Origin: Candidatus Omnitrophota bacterium
Lineage (GTDB): Bacteria; Ratteibacteria; UBA8468; MWAK01
Direction: 5' to 3'
Length of the DNA stretch: 13,519 nucleotides
Assembly: GCA_043797665.1 (NCBI GenBank)
Contig: JAZDPL010000008.1
Location: 1-13,519, forward strand
Shown in pieces: positions 1 to 7,767 of the stretch. How positions within the stretch are numbered: the stretch's first letter is position 1; each line of letters starts with the position of its first letter. Position numbers and translations under genes: made by a program. The notes below the pieces were generated by a model that saw nothing but the letters and a program-made list of their open reading frames with translations, ran no database searches and had not been told where the DNA came from.

Positions 1-50
1 ATCAAGCCCCTACAGTTATTTATCACGCAAACCTAAAAGTTTGCCCTACA
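1..50 (-). repeat. Two tandem GTAG-type REP-like palindromic units (first truncated by the window edge)
   Basis: Minus strand reads TGTAG-G-GCAAAC-ttttag-GTTTGC (50..27; 6-bp stem, 6-nt loop) and TGTAG-GGGCTTGAT.. (14..1). GTAG followed by a hairpin is the layout of RAYT-associated REP elements. Confidence 0.5.
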
Positions 51-59
51 TTACCATCA

Positions 60-995
60 GTGAAAACCTTAACGGATTTGGGTGAGTTCGGCTTAATTAC
101 CCTCCTGACCAAAAGTTTTAATCCTACCAAAGACGTCATGGTTTCGGTCGGCGACGACTGTGCGGTCCTGAAATATTCGGCGAAGGAGTATCTCCTCTGG
201 ACCACCGACCTTCTCTTAGAAGGCGTCCATTTTACCAAATCCGCCCCGGCCTACCGCATCGGCTGGAAAGCATTGGCGGTCAGCCTCTCCGATATCGCGG
301 CTATGGCTGGCAAGCCCAGGTATGCCCTGGTCTTTGTGGGTTTACCGGCAAAGAGTCCGTTTTCTTATGCGAAGGAGATTTACCGCGGAATCGCCGACTT
401 AGCCCAAAGGTATGGTGTTCAGGTGGTTGGTGGCGACACCAACGCCTATGAGAAGGTAGTGATCGGCACCACGGTTTTAGGTGTGGTGAAGAAGAAGCAC
501 CTAACCCTGCGCAGCGGAAGCCGGCCGGGAAACTTAATCTGCGTCTCCGGTCATTTGGGCAGAGGTAAAGAAACCCACCTCTCATTTTTGCCCAAAGTAA
601 AAGAAGCCGGAGAAATAAAACGGCGCTTTTCCGCAACCGCGATGATTGATATTTCCGACGGCCTGTTAAGTGATTTTACCCGGATTGCGGAACAGAGTAA
701 GGTTGGCGGCAGAATTTTTTTAGCGGAGATTCCTGCGATAAAAGGTATTTCCAAAGAGGAGGCGCTGACCAGCGGCGAGGAGTTCCAACTCCTTTTCACG
801 GTAAGACCAGATCAAGAAAAAGCGGTAAAAAAAGCCGGCTTTTTTATCGTCGGAGAAGTTACCAGAAAGTCTTCCGGCATCAGAGTTCTTTGTCCTGACG
901 GCCGTCCCTACCGACCTTCCACCTCCGGCTTCAATCATTTTCCGATCTCGATTACCCGCCAGGGAGCCTGGTCCAGCGGCACTTCGCCTAAGTAG
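60..995 (+). CDS. thiL: Thiamine-monophosphate kinase
   Basis: GTG start. Motifs GEFGLI, GDDCA, TTDLLLEGVHF, SLSDIAAMAGKP, VVGGDT, IDISDGL, GEEFQLLFT and C-terminal GFNHF match ThiL. Confidence 0.95.
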   Translation: MKTLTDLGEFGLITLLTKSFNPTKDVMVSVGDDCAVLKYSAKEYLLWTTDLLLEGVHFTKSAPAYRIGWKALAVSLSDIAAMAGKPRYALVFVGLPAKSPFSYAKEIYRGIADLAQRYGVQVVGGDTNAYEKVVIGTTVLGVVKKKHLTLRSGSRPGNLICVSGHLGRGKETHLSFLPKVKEAGEIKRRFSATAMIDISDGLLSDFTRIAEQSKVGGRIFLAEIPAIKGISKEEALTSGEEFQLLFTVRPDQEKAVKKAGFFIVGEVTRKSSGIRVLCPDGRPYRPSTSGFNHFPISITRQGAWSSGTSPK

Positions 996-2335
996 GTCTG
1001 CGCATTGGCTAAAACCAGAGAAGGATTTCCCAAAACTTCTAACGGGACCGTAAGGAATATATTTTTTGAATCGCGCTTTACCAATACCGTATTCAAGGGA
1101 AGCCGCTTGGTCTGGTCAAAGATCCGATGTTCCACTGCACCGAACGCCACGTGCAATTTTGGCATATCCGGGAAAGGTTTGTCCTTCCGGTATCCGAACA
1201 GATAAACCGACAGGCCCACCGTCCCTACGACCGGCCGGGAAAGTTTAAGGGAAACAACCAGGTTTTTCCCCTGCAGAGAAACCATCTGTTCTTCGATGCC
1301 GAGGAAAACCGCACGTTCTTCGTCGGTCAATTCTTCAGGCGGCTCAGGGACTTCTTCTTTCTTCCTGGAAGACAGAAAAAAGTTGTAAGTTTCCGGTTTT
1401 AAAGAAATAGCCGGGAAGTCTCCGAACAGTTCATTGGAACCGATGAAAGAGAGCAGGTATGACCTGCTGGTGTTATACTGGGTATGATACTTTTTTACCG
1501 CGGAATATTTTTTGGTAATTTCCCCGGGGTTCAGGTTATAGGTCTGCCAGGCAATCCCCTGGTTCAGGTTGGCCGGGGGAACCAGTTTCCTTTCGGGTTG
1601 ATATCCCTTAGGGTTGGGCCATCTTTTGTAGTGGACAAGGTAAGGGTAAAGAATTGGTTTTATCTGGTTTTCTATATCCCAGAGTCCCAGCCGGGTAAAA
1701 AGATAGAGCGCCTTGTGGTCAGGGCTGTGGTCAGCCGGGTGGGGAAGGAAGACCCTGGTTGGCTTGAACTCAAGAATGATTTCCTTTAAATCACGCAGTA
1801 TTTCTTCGCCCTTATAAGGTGCGCCGGGCCGAAAGGCGTTGGCGTAAGGAACCGCCTTCACCCGGGTGAGCATGCTTTTTGCCGGCGGTTGGTCCTTCCA
1901 GTGAGAATACCAGATATGTATGGTACGAAAGTCCGGGTAGCCTAAAAAGGTTATTTCTTCCGGAGGAATACCTAACATTTTGTCAACCGCCATGGCTTCA
2001 TCGTGCCGTACCAGACCCATTTTTCGTGCCGCCCGGGGTAGGATTACCGGGTGCTTCCGGTAAAGAAAGAAAGACCACTGAGCATTGTCTCCGTAAGTGA
2101 AGAAGACGATGCGGACCGGGATTTTACGTTTCACCGCCTCCTGGATAACCCCGCCGCATCCCAGGACCTCATCGTCAGGGTGCGGTGCCAGAATGAGTAT
2201 GCGGTCTTCCGAACCCAGCGCCAAAGGGGTAGAGAGTGTGGGTTGGCCAATATGTTTTGTAAAGTTAAATCCAAACCAGGCAGCCAAACCTAACAGACAA
2301 ACGCCAAAAATTATAAACCAAACCCTTTTTTTCAT
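935..2335 (-). CDS. Membrane-anchored PIG-L/LmbE family deacetylase with an extra C-terminal domain
   Basis: ILAPHPDDEVLGCGG metal-binding motif, RHDEA, FLGYPD and HPADHSPDH motifs. N-terminal KKR plus hydrophobic helix. Start set at ATG 2335 (AGGTG RBS upstream) rather than TTG 2356. Confidence 0.9.
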   Translation of the reverse strand: MKKRVWFIIFGVCLLGLAAWFGFNFTKHIGQPTLSTPLALGSEDRILILAPHPDDEVLGCGGVIQEAVKRKIPVRIVFFTYGDNAQWSFFLYRKHPVILPRAARKMGLVRHDEAMAVDKMLGIPPEEITFLGYPDFRTIHIWYSHWKDQPPAKSMLTRVKAVPYANAFRPGAPYKGEEILRDLKEIILEFKPTRVFLPHPADHSPDHKALYLFTRLGLWDIENQIKPILYPYLVHYKRWPNPKGYQPERKLVPPANLNQGIAWQTYNLNPGEITKKYSAVKKYHTQYNTSRSYLLSFIGSNELFGDFPAISLKPETYNFFLSSRKKEEVPEPPEELTDEERAVFLGIEEQMVSLQGKNLVVSLKLSRPVVGTVGLSVYLFGYRKDKPFPDMPKLHVAFGAVEHRIFDQTKRLPLNTVLVKRDSKNIFLTVPLEVLGNPSLVLANAQTYLGEVPLDQAPWRVIEIGK

Positions 2336-2474
2336 GCTTTGACACCTGCGTTTCAAGCGGATTATTTTCCGCGTGTTCTAAAATATCCCGGGGTTAATTT
2401 CAGATACCTGCGAAACATTCTGGAAAGATGGGACTGGTAAGCAATTGCAGATAAAAACAGAGCAACGGCGAACA

Positions 2475-2503
2475 TTTACTTTGTTCCAGATCCGGTATAT
2501 TAT
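2475..2503 (+). promoter_or_regulatory. Possible sigma70 promoter for the FG-GAP/oxidoreductase pair
   Basis: TTTACT (2475-2480), 17-bp spacer, TATTAT (2498-2503); lies in an AT-rich patch, so a chance match is possible. Confidence 0.4.
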
Positions 2504-2587
2504 ATAGTATAGTCAGAGAAAAGACAATGATACCTAATATAGCAAAAATTCAACAAATTCGGCGACGAATTACCAGAGGAGAATGAG

Positions 2588-3670
2588 ATGCCTTTAAGGT
2601 TTAAGAAACAGTTGGTTGCGGATGAACGGTATGAGTCCGCAGGGGTATTTGATGTTAATAACGACGGGATTCTTGATATTGTCTCCGGTGCGTGGTGGTA
2701 TGAGGGGACTGACTTCAGAAAGAAACACCGCGTAGGCGACTTAATGCCGTACGGCGCATACTTTGATGATTTTTCTACTATTCCGCTTGATGTCAATGGC
2801 GACGGCCGGACAGATTTCATCACCGGAGGCTGGTGGGGTAAAACGCTTCGCTGGAGAGAGAATCCGGGCGATCCGGATAGGGAATGGCCGGAACATACTA
2901 TTGCGGAGACAGGCAATATTGAAACGACCCGCGCCTGGGACGTTGACAGGGATGGTCAGCTGGAAATTGTTCCGAATGTCCCTGGTGGACCGCTGGTTAT
3001 CTACAAACTCATTACGGACAACAGCGGCAGGACCAGAGGAGAATTTCAAGCATCCAAAATTTTCGACGGACTCCAGGGGCATGGTCTGGGTTTCGGCGAT
3101 ATCTCCGGAAAGGGCCGGGGTGATTTTGTACTTGCCGGTGGTTGGCTGGAGGCACCTGAAAATCCCTATGAAGGGAAATGGATTTTTCATGAAGATTTTA
3201 ACCTGGGCAGCGCCAGTATCCCGATTCTGGTGGCAGACGTGAATGGTGATGGGCTGAATGATATTATTGTCGGTCAGTCCCACGGCTATGGTCTGTCATG
3301 GTACGAGCAGCAACGTACTGCCACCGGTCTACGAAGATGGTTTGAACATCCGATCGACCCTTTTAATTCTCAATACCATGACATGCACTGGGTGGATATT
3401 GATAACGACGGCGAGTGTGAAATTGTAACCGGGAAGCGCTACCGGGCCCACGACGATAATGACCCTGGCGCCTTTGACGATTACGGTATTTACTACTTCA
3501 AGTGGAACGGCAGGTCCTTCAGCAAACAGGTGATTATCTATGGCCCCCCCCGGGAAAGTACCGGAATCGGTATTTTTTCAACCGTGGCCGACCTTAACGG
3601 TGATGGCCGTCTTGACCTGGTTGCCCCCGGCAAGGATGGCCTGTATGTCTTTTGGAATCAAGGTATCTGA
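2588..3670 (+). CDS. FG-GAP/VCBS repeat beta-propeller protein, no signal peptide
   Basis: Seven DxNxDGxxD-type repeats (DVNNDGILD, DVNGDGRTD, DVDRDGQLE, DISGKGRGD, DVNGDGLND, DIDNDGECE, DLNGDGRLD); GAGGAG RBS. Confidence 0.9.
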   Translation: MPLRFKKQLVADERYESAGVFDVNNDGILDIVSGAWWYEGTDFRKKHRVGDLMPYGAYFDDFSTIPLDVNGDGRTDFITGGWWGKTLRWRENPGDPDREWPEHTIAETGNIETTRAWDVDRDGQLEIVPNVPGGPLVIYKLITDNSGRTRGEFQASKIFDGLQGHGLGFGDISGKGRGDFVLAGGWLEAPENPYEGKWIFHEDFNLGSASIPILVADVNGDGLNDIIVGQSHGYGLSWYEQQRTATGLRRWFEHPIDPFNSQYHDMHWVDIDNDGECEIVTGKRYRAHDDNDPGAFDDYGIYYFKWNGRSFSKQVIIYGPPRESTGIGIFSTVADLNGDGRLDLVAPGKDGLYVFWNQGI

Positions 3671-3685
3671 GAAAGGAGTTGAACG

Positions 3686-4741
3686 ATGCCGAAGAACAAA
3701 GTCAGAATTGGGTTTGTCGGCGTAGGTAGTATGGGACAATGTGCCCACCTTAAGAACTATGTGACCATCCCCGATTGCCAGGTGGTGGCGATAGCAGAAT
3801 TGCGCCGGGATACTGCGAAGAAAGTTGCTGCTCGCTATGCCATTCCAAGGATATATACAGACCATCGGGAAATGCTCTCAAGAGAACAGCTTGACGGCAT
3901 TGTCGCCTCACAACCCTTCAATCGTCACGGGATTCTAATTCCCGCTCTGATGAAGGCCGGGGTGCCCGTCTTTGTGGAAAAACCTCTGGCCGGGTCTGTA
4001 CCGGTTGGCGGGAAGATTGCGGAAGCAGTAAAGGCCGGCGGTACGTTTCTGATGGTAGGCTACCACAAGCGCAGCGACCCGGCTACTATGTATGCCAAGG
4101 AGGCGATCGATAGACTTAAACTCTCCGGTGAACTCGGAAAACTCAAATACATCCGAATCTTGATGCCGGCTGGTGATTACATCGCAAATGGTTTTGTGGA
4201 TTTGGTCAAGGGAAACGATGCCCAACCTAATCTAAAAACCGATCCGTTACCTCCGGATATGAGCGAGAAGACATACCGAGAGTACCTATCTTTCGTCAAC
4301 TATTACATCCACCAGGTAAATCTTATGCGGCATCTATTAGGGGAACCATACTCGGTAAGGTACGCGGACCAATCCGGGGTGTTACTTGTTGGCGAGAGCA
4401 CAAGCGGTATTCCTTGTCTCATAGAAATGTCTCCCTACGAAACAACAATTGATTGGCAGGAAACGGCCCTGGTCTGTTTTGAGCATGGTTGGATAAAATT
4501 GTCTCTGCCCGCACCTTTGGCGATTAACCGGGCCGGTCGTGTCGAGGTTTTTAAGGACCCGGGTAAGAGTGCCACACCACAGATAATTGTTCCACAACTT
4601 CCCTGGATTTCTGCGATGCGCCAGCAGGCTATCAACTTCATCCGCGCCATTAAGAGAGAGATTCCGCCTATGACGACTGCCGAAGAAGCCCTTCTTGACC
4701 TGCAGGTGGCCAAAGACTACCTTTCCTTGCGACAATTATAG
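3686..4741 (+). CDS. Gfo/Idh/MocA family NAD(P)-dependent oxidoreductase
   Basis: RIGFVGVGSMG Rossmann motif, VFVEKPLA, LMVGYHKR, NYYIH catalytic-region His; AAGGAG RBS; 15 bp after the FG-GAP gene. Confidence 0.93.
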   Translation: MPKNKVRIGFVGVGSMGQCAHLKNYVTIPDCQVVAIAELRRDTAKKVAARYAIPRIYTDHREMLSREQLDGIVASQPFNRHGILIPALMKAGVPVFVEKPLAGSVPVGGKIAEAVKAGGTFLMVGYHKRSDPATMYAKEAIDRLKLSGELGKLKYIRILMPAGDYIANGFVDLVKGNDAQPNLKTDPLPPDMSEKTYREYLSFVNYYIHQVNLMRHLLGEPYSVRYADQSGVLLVGESTSGIPCLIEMSPYETTIDWQETALVCFEHGWIKLSLPAPLAINRAGRVEVFKDPGKSATPQIIVPQLPWISAMRQQAINFIRAIKREIPPMTTAEEALLDLQVAKDYLSLRQL

Positions 4742-4764
4742 CTCATCGTGCGTAAGCACAATTA

Positions 4765-4793
4765 TTGACTACCGGAGGGAATAGTGGTATACT
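4765..4793 (+). promoter_or_regulatory. sigma70 promoter with extended -10
   Basis: TTGACT (4765-4770), 17 bp, TATACT (4788-4793) preceded by TGn; AAGGAGG RBS follows before ATG 4826. Confidence 0.75.
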
Positions 4794-4825
4794 TTCTAAG
4801 GACTTAAGGATACCAAAGGAGGCAT

Positions 4826-5509
4826 ATGGGGACACAGAGTTTTTGGGGGATGGGAAGGGATCTGCTTCAGAGGGTCTGGTACGGAACGTCTACGGTGCTT
4901 GTGGTGGTGCTGGTCTTTTTCATCGGGTGGCTGATAGCCAAACTGGTAACCCCTTTGCTCGTAAAGCTTTTTAAGAAGATAAAACTTGACAATCTGGCGG
5001 AAGGTTGCGGTTTAAAAAACCTTCTGGAGAACGGGAATATTACCAAGCCGGTTTCGGAACTGCTCGGGCTGGCGGTCTACTGGATAATGATGCTGGTCGT
5101 GGTGTTCATCGCTCTGTCTATGGGTAACGTTGCCATTCCCCAGGACATCATCGGCCAACTCCTGGCGTTCATACCCAAGTTCGTGGTGGGGGTAATACTC
5201 TTTGTCCTCTCCATGTTTTTGGGTAAGTTTTTCCGGGGGGTGATTCAGACCTCGGCGGCTAATGCCAAGATAGGCAACCCGGGACTTTTAGCCAAACTGA
5301 CCGAAGCCGGAATCGTGGTCTTCGGTACGGTCTTAGCCTTACAGATCATCGGGATTGCGGCCGCCTTTATCAGCAGCGTCTTCAACATCATCCTGGCGGC
5401 TTTCTGTTTTGGAGCGGCGTTGTCTTTTGCCCTGGGTTCAAAAGACTTGGTAAGGGAGTGGTTGGAGAACTTAATTAAATCAAACAAACCCGAAAAGAAA
5501 GAAGAGTAA
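4826..5509 (+). CDS. TM_helix repeat membrane protein (MscS/CmpX-related, no cytoplasmic MscS domain)
   Basis: Two copies of the TM_helix-type segment (VLVFFIGWLIAKLV; FIPKFVVGVILFVLSMFLGKF) and C-terminal ALSFALGSKDLV; multiple hydrophobic helices. Confidence 0.8.
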   Translation: MGTQSFWGMGRDLLQRVWYGTSTVLVVVLVFFIGWLIAKLVTPLLVKLFKKIKLDNLAEGCGLKNLLENGNITKPVSELLGLAVYWIMMLVVVFIALSMGNVAIPQDIIGQLLAFIPKFVVGVILFVLSMFLGKFFRGVIQTSAANAKIGNPGLLAKLTEAGIVVFGTVLALQIIGIAAAFISSVFNIILAAFCFGAALSFALGSKDLVREWLENLIKSNKPEKKEE

Positions 5510-5513
5510 GGGT

Positions 5514-5765
5514 TTATTTATAAACTTCTCCGCGATGCCCAATCGCGCGAACCCAGATTGTTTTACTGCCAAAATCTGGCGTGTAAATAATACGTAAAGG
5601 TGGTATTTTAATACGATACGAACCCTGAAATTCCCCTTCCATTTTTTCACCTAAAAATGGGTTGGTTGCCAAAAGAATGAGCGATTTCGCCGCTTTCTTT
5701 TGAGATATTTTATCAGATTTTTTTAGAAATTTTTCGGCCTGGTTTGAGAGTTTTACGCGAAACAT
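5514..5765 (-). CDS. Type II TA toxin, RelE/ParE superfamily
   Basis: 83 aa, basic; MFRVKLSNQAEKFLKK..NPFLGEKMEG..SYRIKIPPLRIIY..RAIGHRGEVYK fits RelE. Start set at ATG 5765; directly downstream of the antitoxin. Confidence 0.9.
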   Translation of the reverse strand: MFRVKLSNQAEKFLKKSDKISQKKAAKSLILLATNPFLGEKMEGEFQGSYRIKIPPLRIIYTPDFGSKTIWVRAIGHRGEVYK

Positions 5766-6072
5766 ATTTTTTGTTTTTTTCCGCAACCAAGAGATTTTTT
5801 AAATTTAACTCTTCAATAATTTCATCTAAATCACAATACCGACCGGCCTTAATATCTTCATCCCCTTCTCGAATAGATTTCATCAACTCCGGATCGGAAA
5901 GAGTCTCCAATGTCGCTATCCAGCCGTCAAACTCCTCTTTGCTCATAATTACCGCCTCCGGAACCCCTTTTACGGTGATATTAATTGGAAAAGGGCTTCT
6001 TTTGACTTTTTCCAAAAGGCCGAAAAAGTTATTTCTTGCTTCCGTAGCATTAATATAGTTTTGTGAAGCCAT
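5713..6072 (-). CDS. Type II TA antitoxin, Phd/YefM family
   Basis: INATEARNNFFGLLEKV..PINITVKGVPEAVIMSKEEF..ATLETLSDPELMKSIREG is a typical Phd/YefM profile; AGGAGG RBS at 6082-6077; overlaps the toxin by 53 nt. Confidence 0.93.
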   Translation of the reverse strand: MASQNYINATEARNNFFGLLEKVKRSPFPINITVKGVPEAVIMSKEEFDGWIATLETLSDPELMKSIREGDEDIKAGRYCDLDEIIEELNLKNLLVAEKNKKYVSRKTLKPGRKISKKI

Positions 6073-6081
6073 AAAACCTCC

Positions 6082-6120
6082 TGTACATAATAGTGTACAT
6101 TAAAAAAAAGACGGTGTCAA
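6082..6120 (-). promoter_or_regulatory. TA promoter with twin TGTACA operator
   Basis: Minus strand TTGACA (6120-6115), 17 bp, TACACT (6097-6092). TGTACA palindromes at 6082-6087 and 6094-6099, 12 bp centre to centre, one overlapping the -10. Confidence 0.85.
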
Positions 6121-6159
6121 GCCCCTTCCCATTCAAGGGAACCCGTGTTTGCCTTCCGA

Positions 6160-6423
6160 CTGAAATTCCGACATAAGGATGAAGCAGTAACTCATTCCCC
6201 TTTTCCTAAAAAGGGGTGGCAACGAAGTTGACGGGGTATTTAATGCTACCTTATAACCCAAATCATTTTTAAAATCATTGGGTTTGAAGTATTGCATTTT
6301 AAAGATATAGATATAAAAAAATCCCTGGATAACATTGTAGATCAAATTGAATCTTGGGTTAAGGAATTCCCCTTTACAAAAGGGGAATTAAATACTTGTT
6401 TAATCCTTATGTCGGAATTTCAG
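6160..6423. mobile_element. MITE-like non-autonomous element, 264 bp
   Basis: Perfect 21-bp inverted repeats CTGAAATTCCGACATAAGGAT (6160-6180) and ATCCTTATGTCGGAATTTCAG (6403-6423). Flanking 8-bp direct repeat with one mismatch: CCTTCCGA (6152-6159) / CCTTTCGA (6424-6431). No transposase inside. Confidence 0.75.
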
Positions 6424-6439
6424 CCTTTCGACGGACAAC

Positions 6440-6469
6440 TTGACAGATAAAAGGCCGTTGTGTTAAATT
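6440..6469 (+). promoter_or_regulatory. sigma70 promoter of the arsenic operon
   Basis: TTGACA (6440-6445), 18 bp, TAAATT (6464-6469) preceded by TGn. Confidence 0.65.
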
Positions 6470-6471
6470 AG

Positions 6472-6491
6472 TTATGAACGTTTGTTCATAA
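6472..6491. promoter_or_regulatory. Palindromic operator candidate
   Basis: TTATGAAC-gttt-GTTCATAA, a perfect 8-4-8 inverted repeat between the -10 box and the GAGGGGG RBS of the DUF134 gene, covering the expected +1. Confidence 0.75.
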
Positions 6492-6503
6492 TGAGGGGGT
6501 CTC

Positions 6504-6812
6504 ATGAGGCCTAAGAAAATCAGGTGGATTAAATGCGCTCCCGGAGAAAGGTGTTTCCGGCCGCGTTGTAAACCGCTTAAGGAACTACGGGGCGTATATC
6601 TGACGCTGGACGAATTTGAGGCGATAAGGCTGGCCGACCTGGAAGAGATAAAACAGGAAGAAGCGGCAAAGCGGATGAGAATCTCCCGGCCGACTTTTTC
6701 ACGCATTGTAAATTCAGCCCGCAAGAAAATAGCCGATGGCCTGGTTAATATCAAGGCGATACGAATTGAGGGGGGCTGCTGTAAGATTATACCGAAAAGG
6801 TATCGGGTATGA
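6504..6812 (+). CDS. DUF134 family HTH protein, Cys-rich variant; probable operon regulator
   Basis: MRPKKIRWI..FRP..LTLDEFEAIRLADLEEIKQEEAAKRMRISRPTFSRIVNSARKKIADGLVNIKAIRIEGG matches DUF134. Cys at positions 11, 17, 22, 92, 93. Confidence 0.9.
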   Translation: MRPKKIRWIKCAPGERCFRPRCKPLKELRGVYLTLDEFEAIRLADLEEIKQEEAAKRMRISRPTFSRIVNSARKKIADGLVNIKAIRIEGGCCKIIPKRYRV

Positions 6813-7762
6813 TAAGAATATTTAGTGATTGGGTTGTTTATAAAGTACTCTCAATTTCGCCTGATACACTTCTGGGGAATGCAGTAAACTTTTTTTTGTA
6901 TGATACGATAAAGATATTTTTGCTTTTGTTGGTGATTATATTTGTTATTTCATTTGTCAGGACTTTCTTTCCGCCGGAACGAACCAGGAATATCTTAAGC
7001 CATAAACAGAAATATACGGGGAATATCGTTGCCGCGTTACTTGGAATCGTAACACCTTTTTGTTCCTGCAGTGCCGTACCGTTATTTTTAGGGTTTGTCG
7101 AAGCTGGAATTCCCCTGGGAGTGACGTTTTCTTTTCTGGTTTCTTCTCCCATGATTAATGAAGTGGCTCTGGTAATGCTCTGGGGGATGTTTGGATGGAA
7201 GATAGCGCTTGTTTATATCGTAAGCGGATTTTTCATTGCTGTTGTGTCAGGAATTATTATCGGCACGCTGAAAGTTGAAAATCTTCTGGAAGATTTTCTC
7301 TCGAAGGAAAGAACGTGTTGTCCAAATAAGTTATTGGGACCATCCGTAGAGGAAAGATTAGGCTACGCCAAGAATTACACCGGTGATATCATAAAAAGAA
7401 TCTGGCTGTTTGTATTGTTTGGTATTGGTATAGGTGCGTGGATACACGGCTATGTTCCGAGTGATTTACTCGTCAGGTATGCCGGCAAGGATAATTGGTT
7501 TGCTGTACCTATTGCAACCTTGATAGGTATTCCTCTTTATTCAAATGCCGCCGGAGTAATACCCTTAGTAAGCGTTTTAACCGAGAAAGGTGTGGGCATG
7601 GGTACGGCCTTAGCGTTTATGATGGCTGTGACCGGGCTTTCCTTACCAGAGTTTTTACTACTTAAAAAAATCATGAAACCCAGGCTGATTTTGATTTTTG
7701 CCGGTGTTGTGGGTATCGGAATAATTTTTATAGGATACTTATTTAATCTTATTATACGTTAG
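6809..7762 (+). CDS. arsP: ArsP-family (DUF318) permease, probable methylarsenite efflux
   Basis: TPFCSCSAVPLFLG, GIPLGVTFSFLVSSPMINE, GIPLYSNAAG and ALAFMMAVTGLSLPE motifs; ATGA overlap with DUF134; ars context. Substrate is inferred. Confidence 0.88.
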   Translation: MIRIFSDWVVYKVLSISPDTLLGNAVNFFLYDTIKIFLLLLVIIFVISFVRTFFPPERTRNILSHKQKYTGNIVAALLGIVTPFCSCSAVPLFLGFVEAGIPLGVTFSFLVSSPMINEVALVMLWGMFGWKIALVYIVSGFFIAVVSGIIIGTLKVENLLEDFLSKERTCCPNKLLGPSVEERLGYAKNYTGDIIKRIWLFVLFGIGIGAWIHGYVPSDLLVRYAGKDNWFAVPIATLIGIPLYSNAAGVIPLVSVLTEKGVGMGTALAFMMAVTGLSLPEFLLLKKIMKPRLILIFAGVVGIGIIFIGYLFNLIIR

Positions 7763-7767
7763 ATATT

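Noticed and set aside
2527..2586. 19-aa ORF MIPNIAKIQQIRRRITRGE just upstream of the FG-GAP gene (leader peptide?)
   Set aside because: Weak RBS, no attenuator structure, and a length expected by chance.
2500..3283. Antisense and alternate-frame ORFs over the FG-GAP gene
   Set aside because: Shadow ORFs of a well-supported gene, with no RBS or motifs.
6133..6345. 70-aa minus-strand ORF in the intergenic region
   Set aside because: Crosses the MITE end and hairpin repeats; no transposase or other motif.
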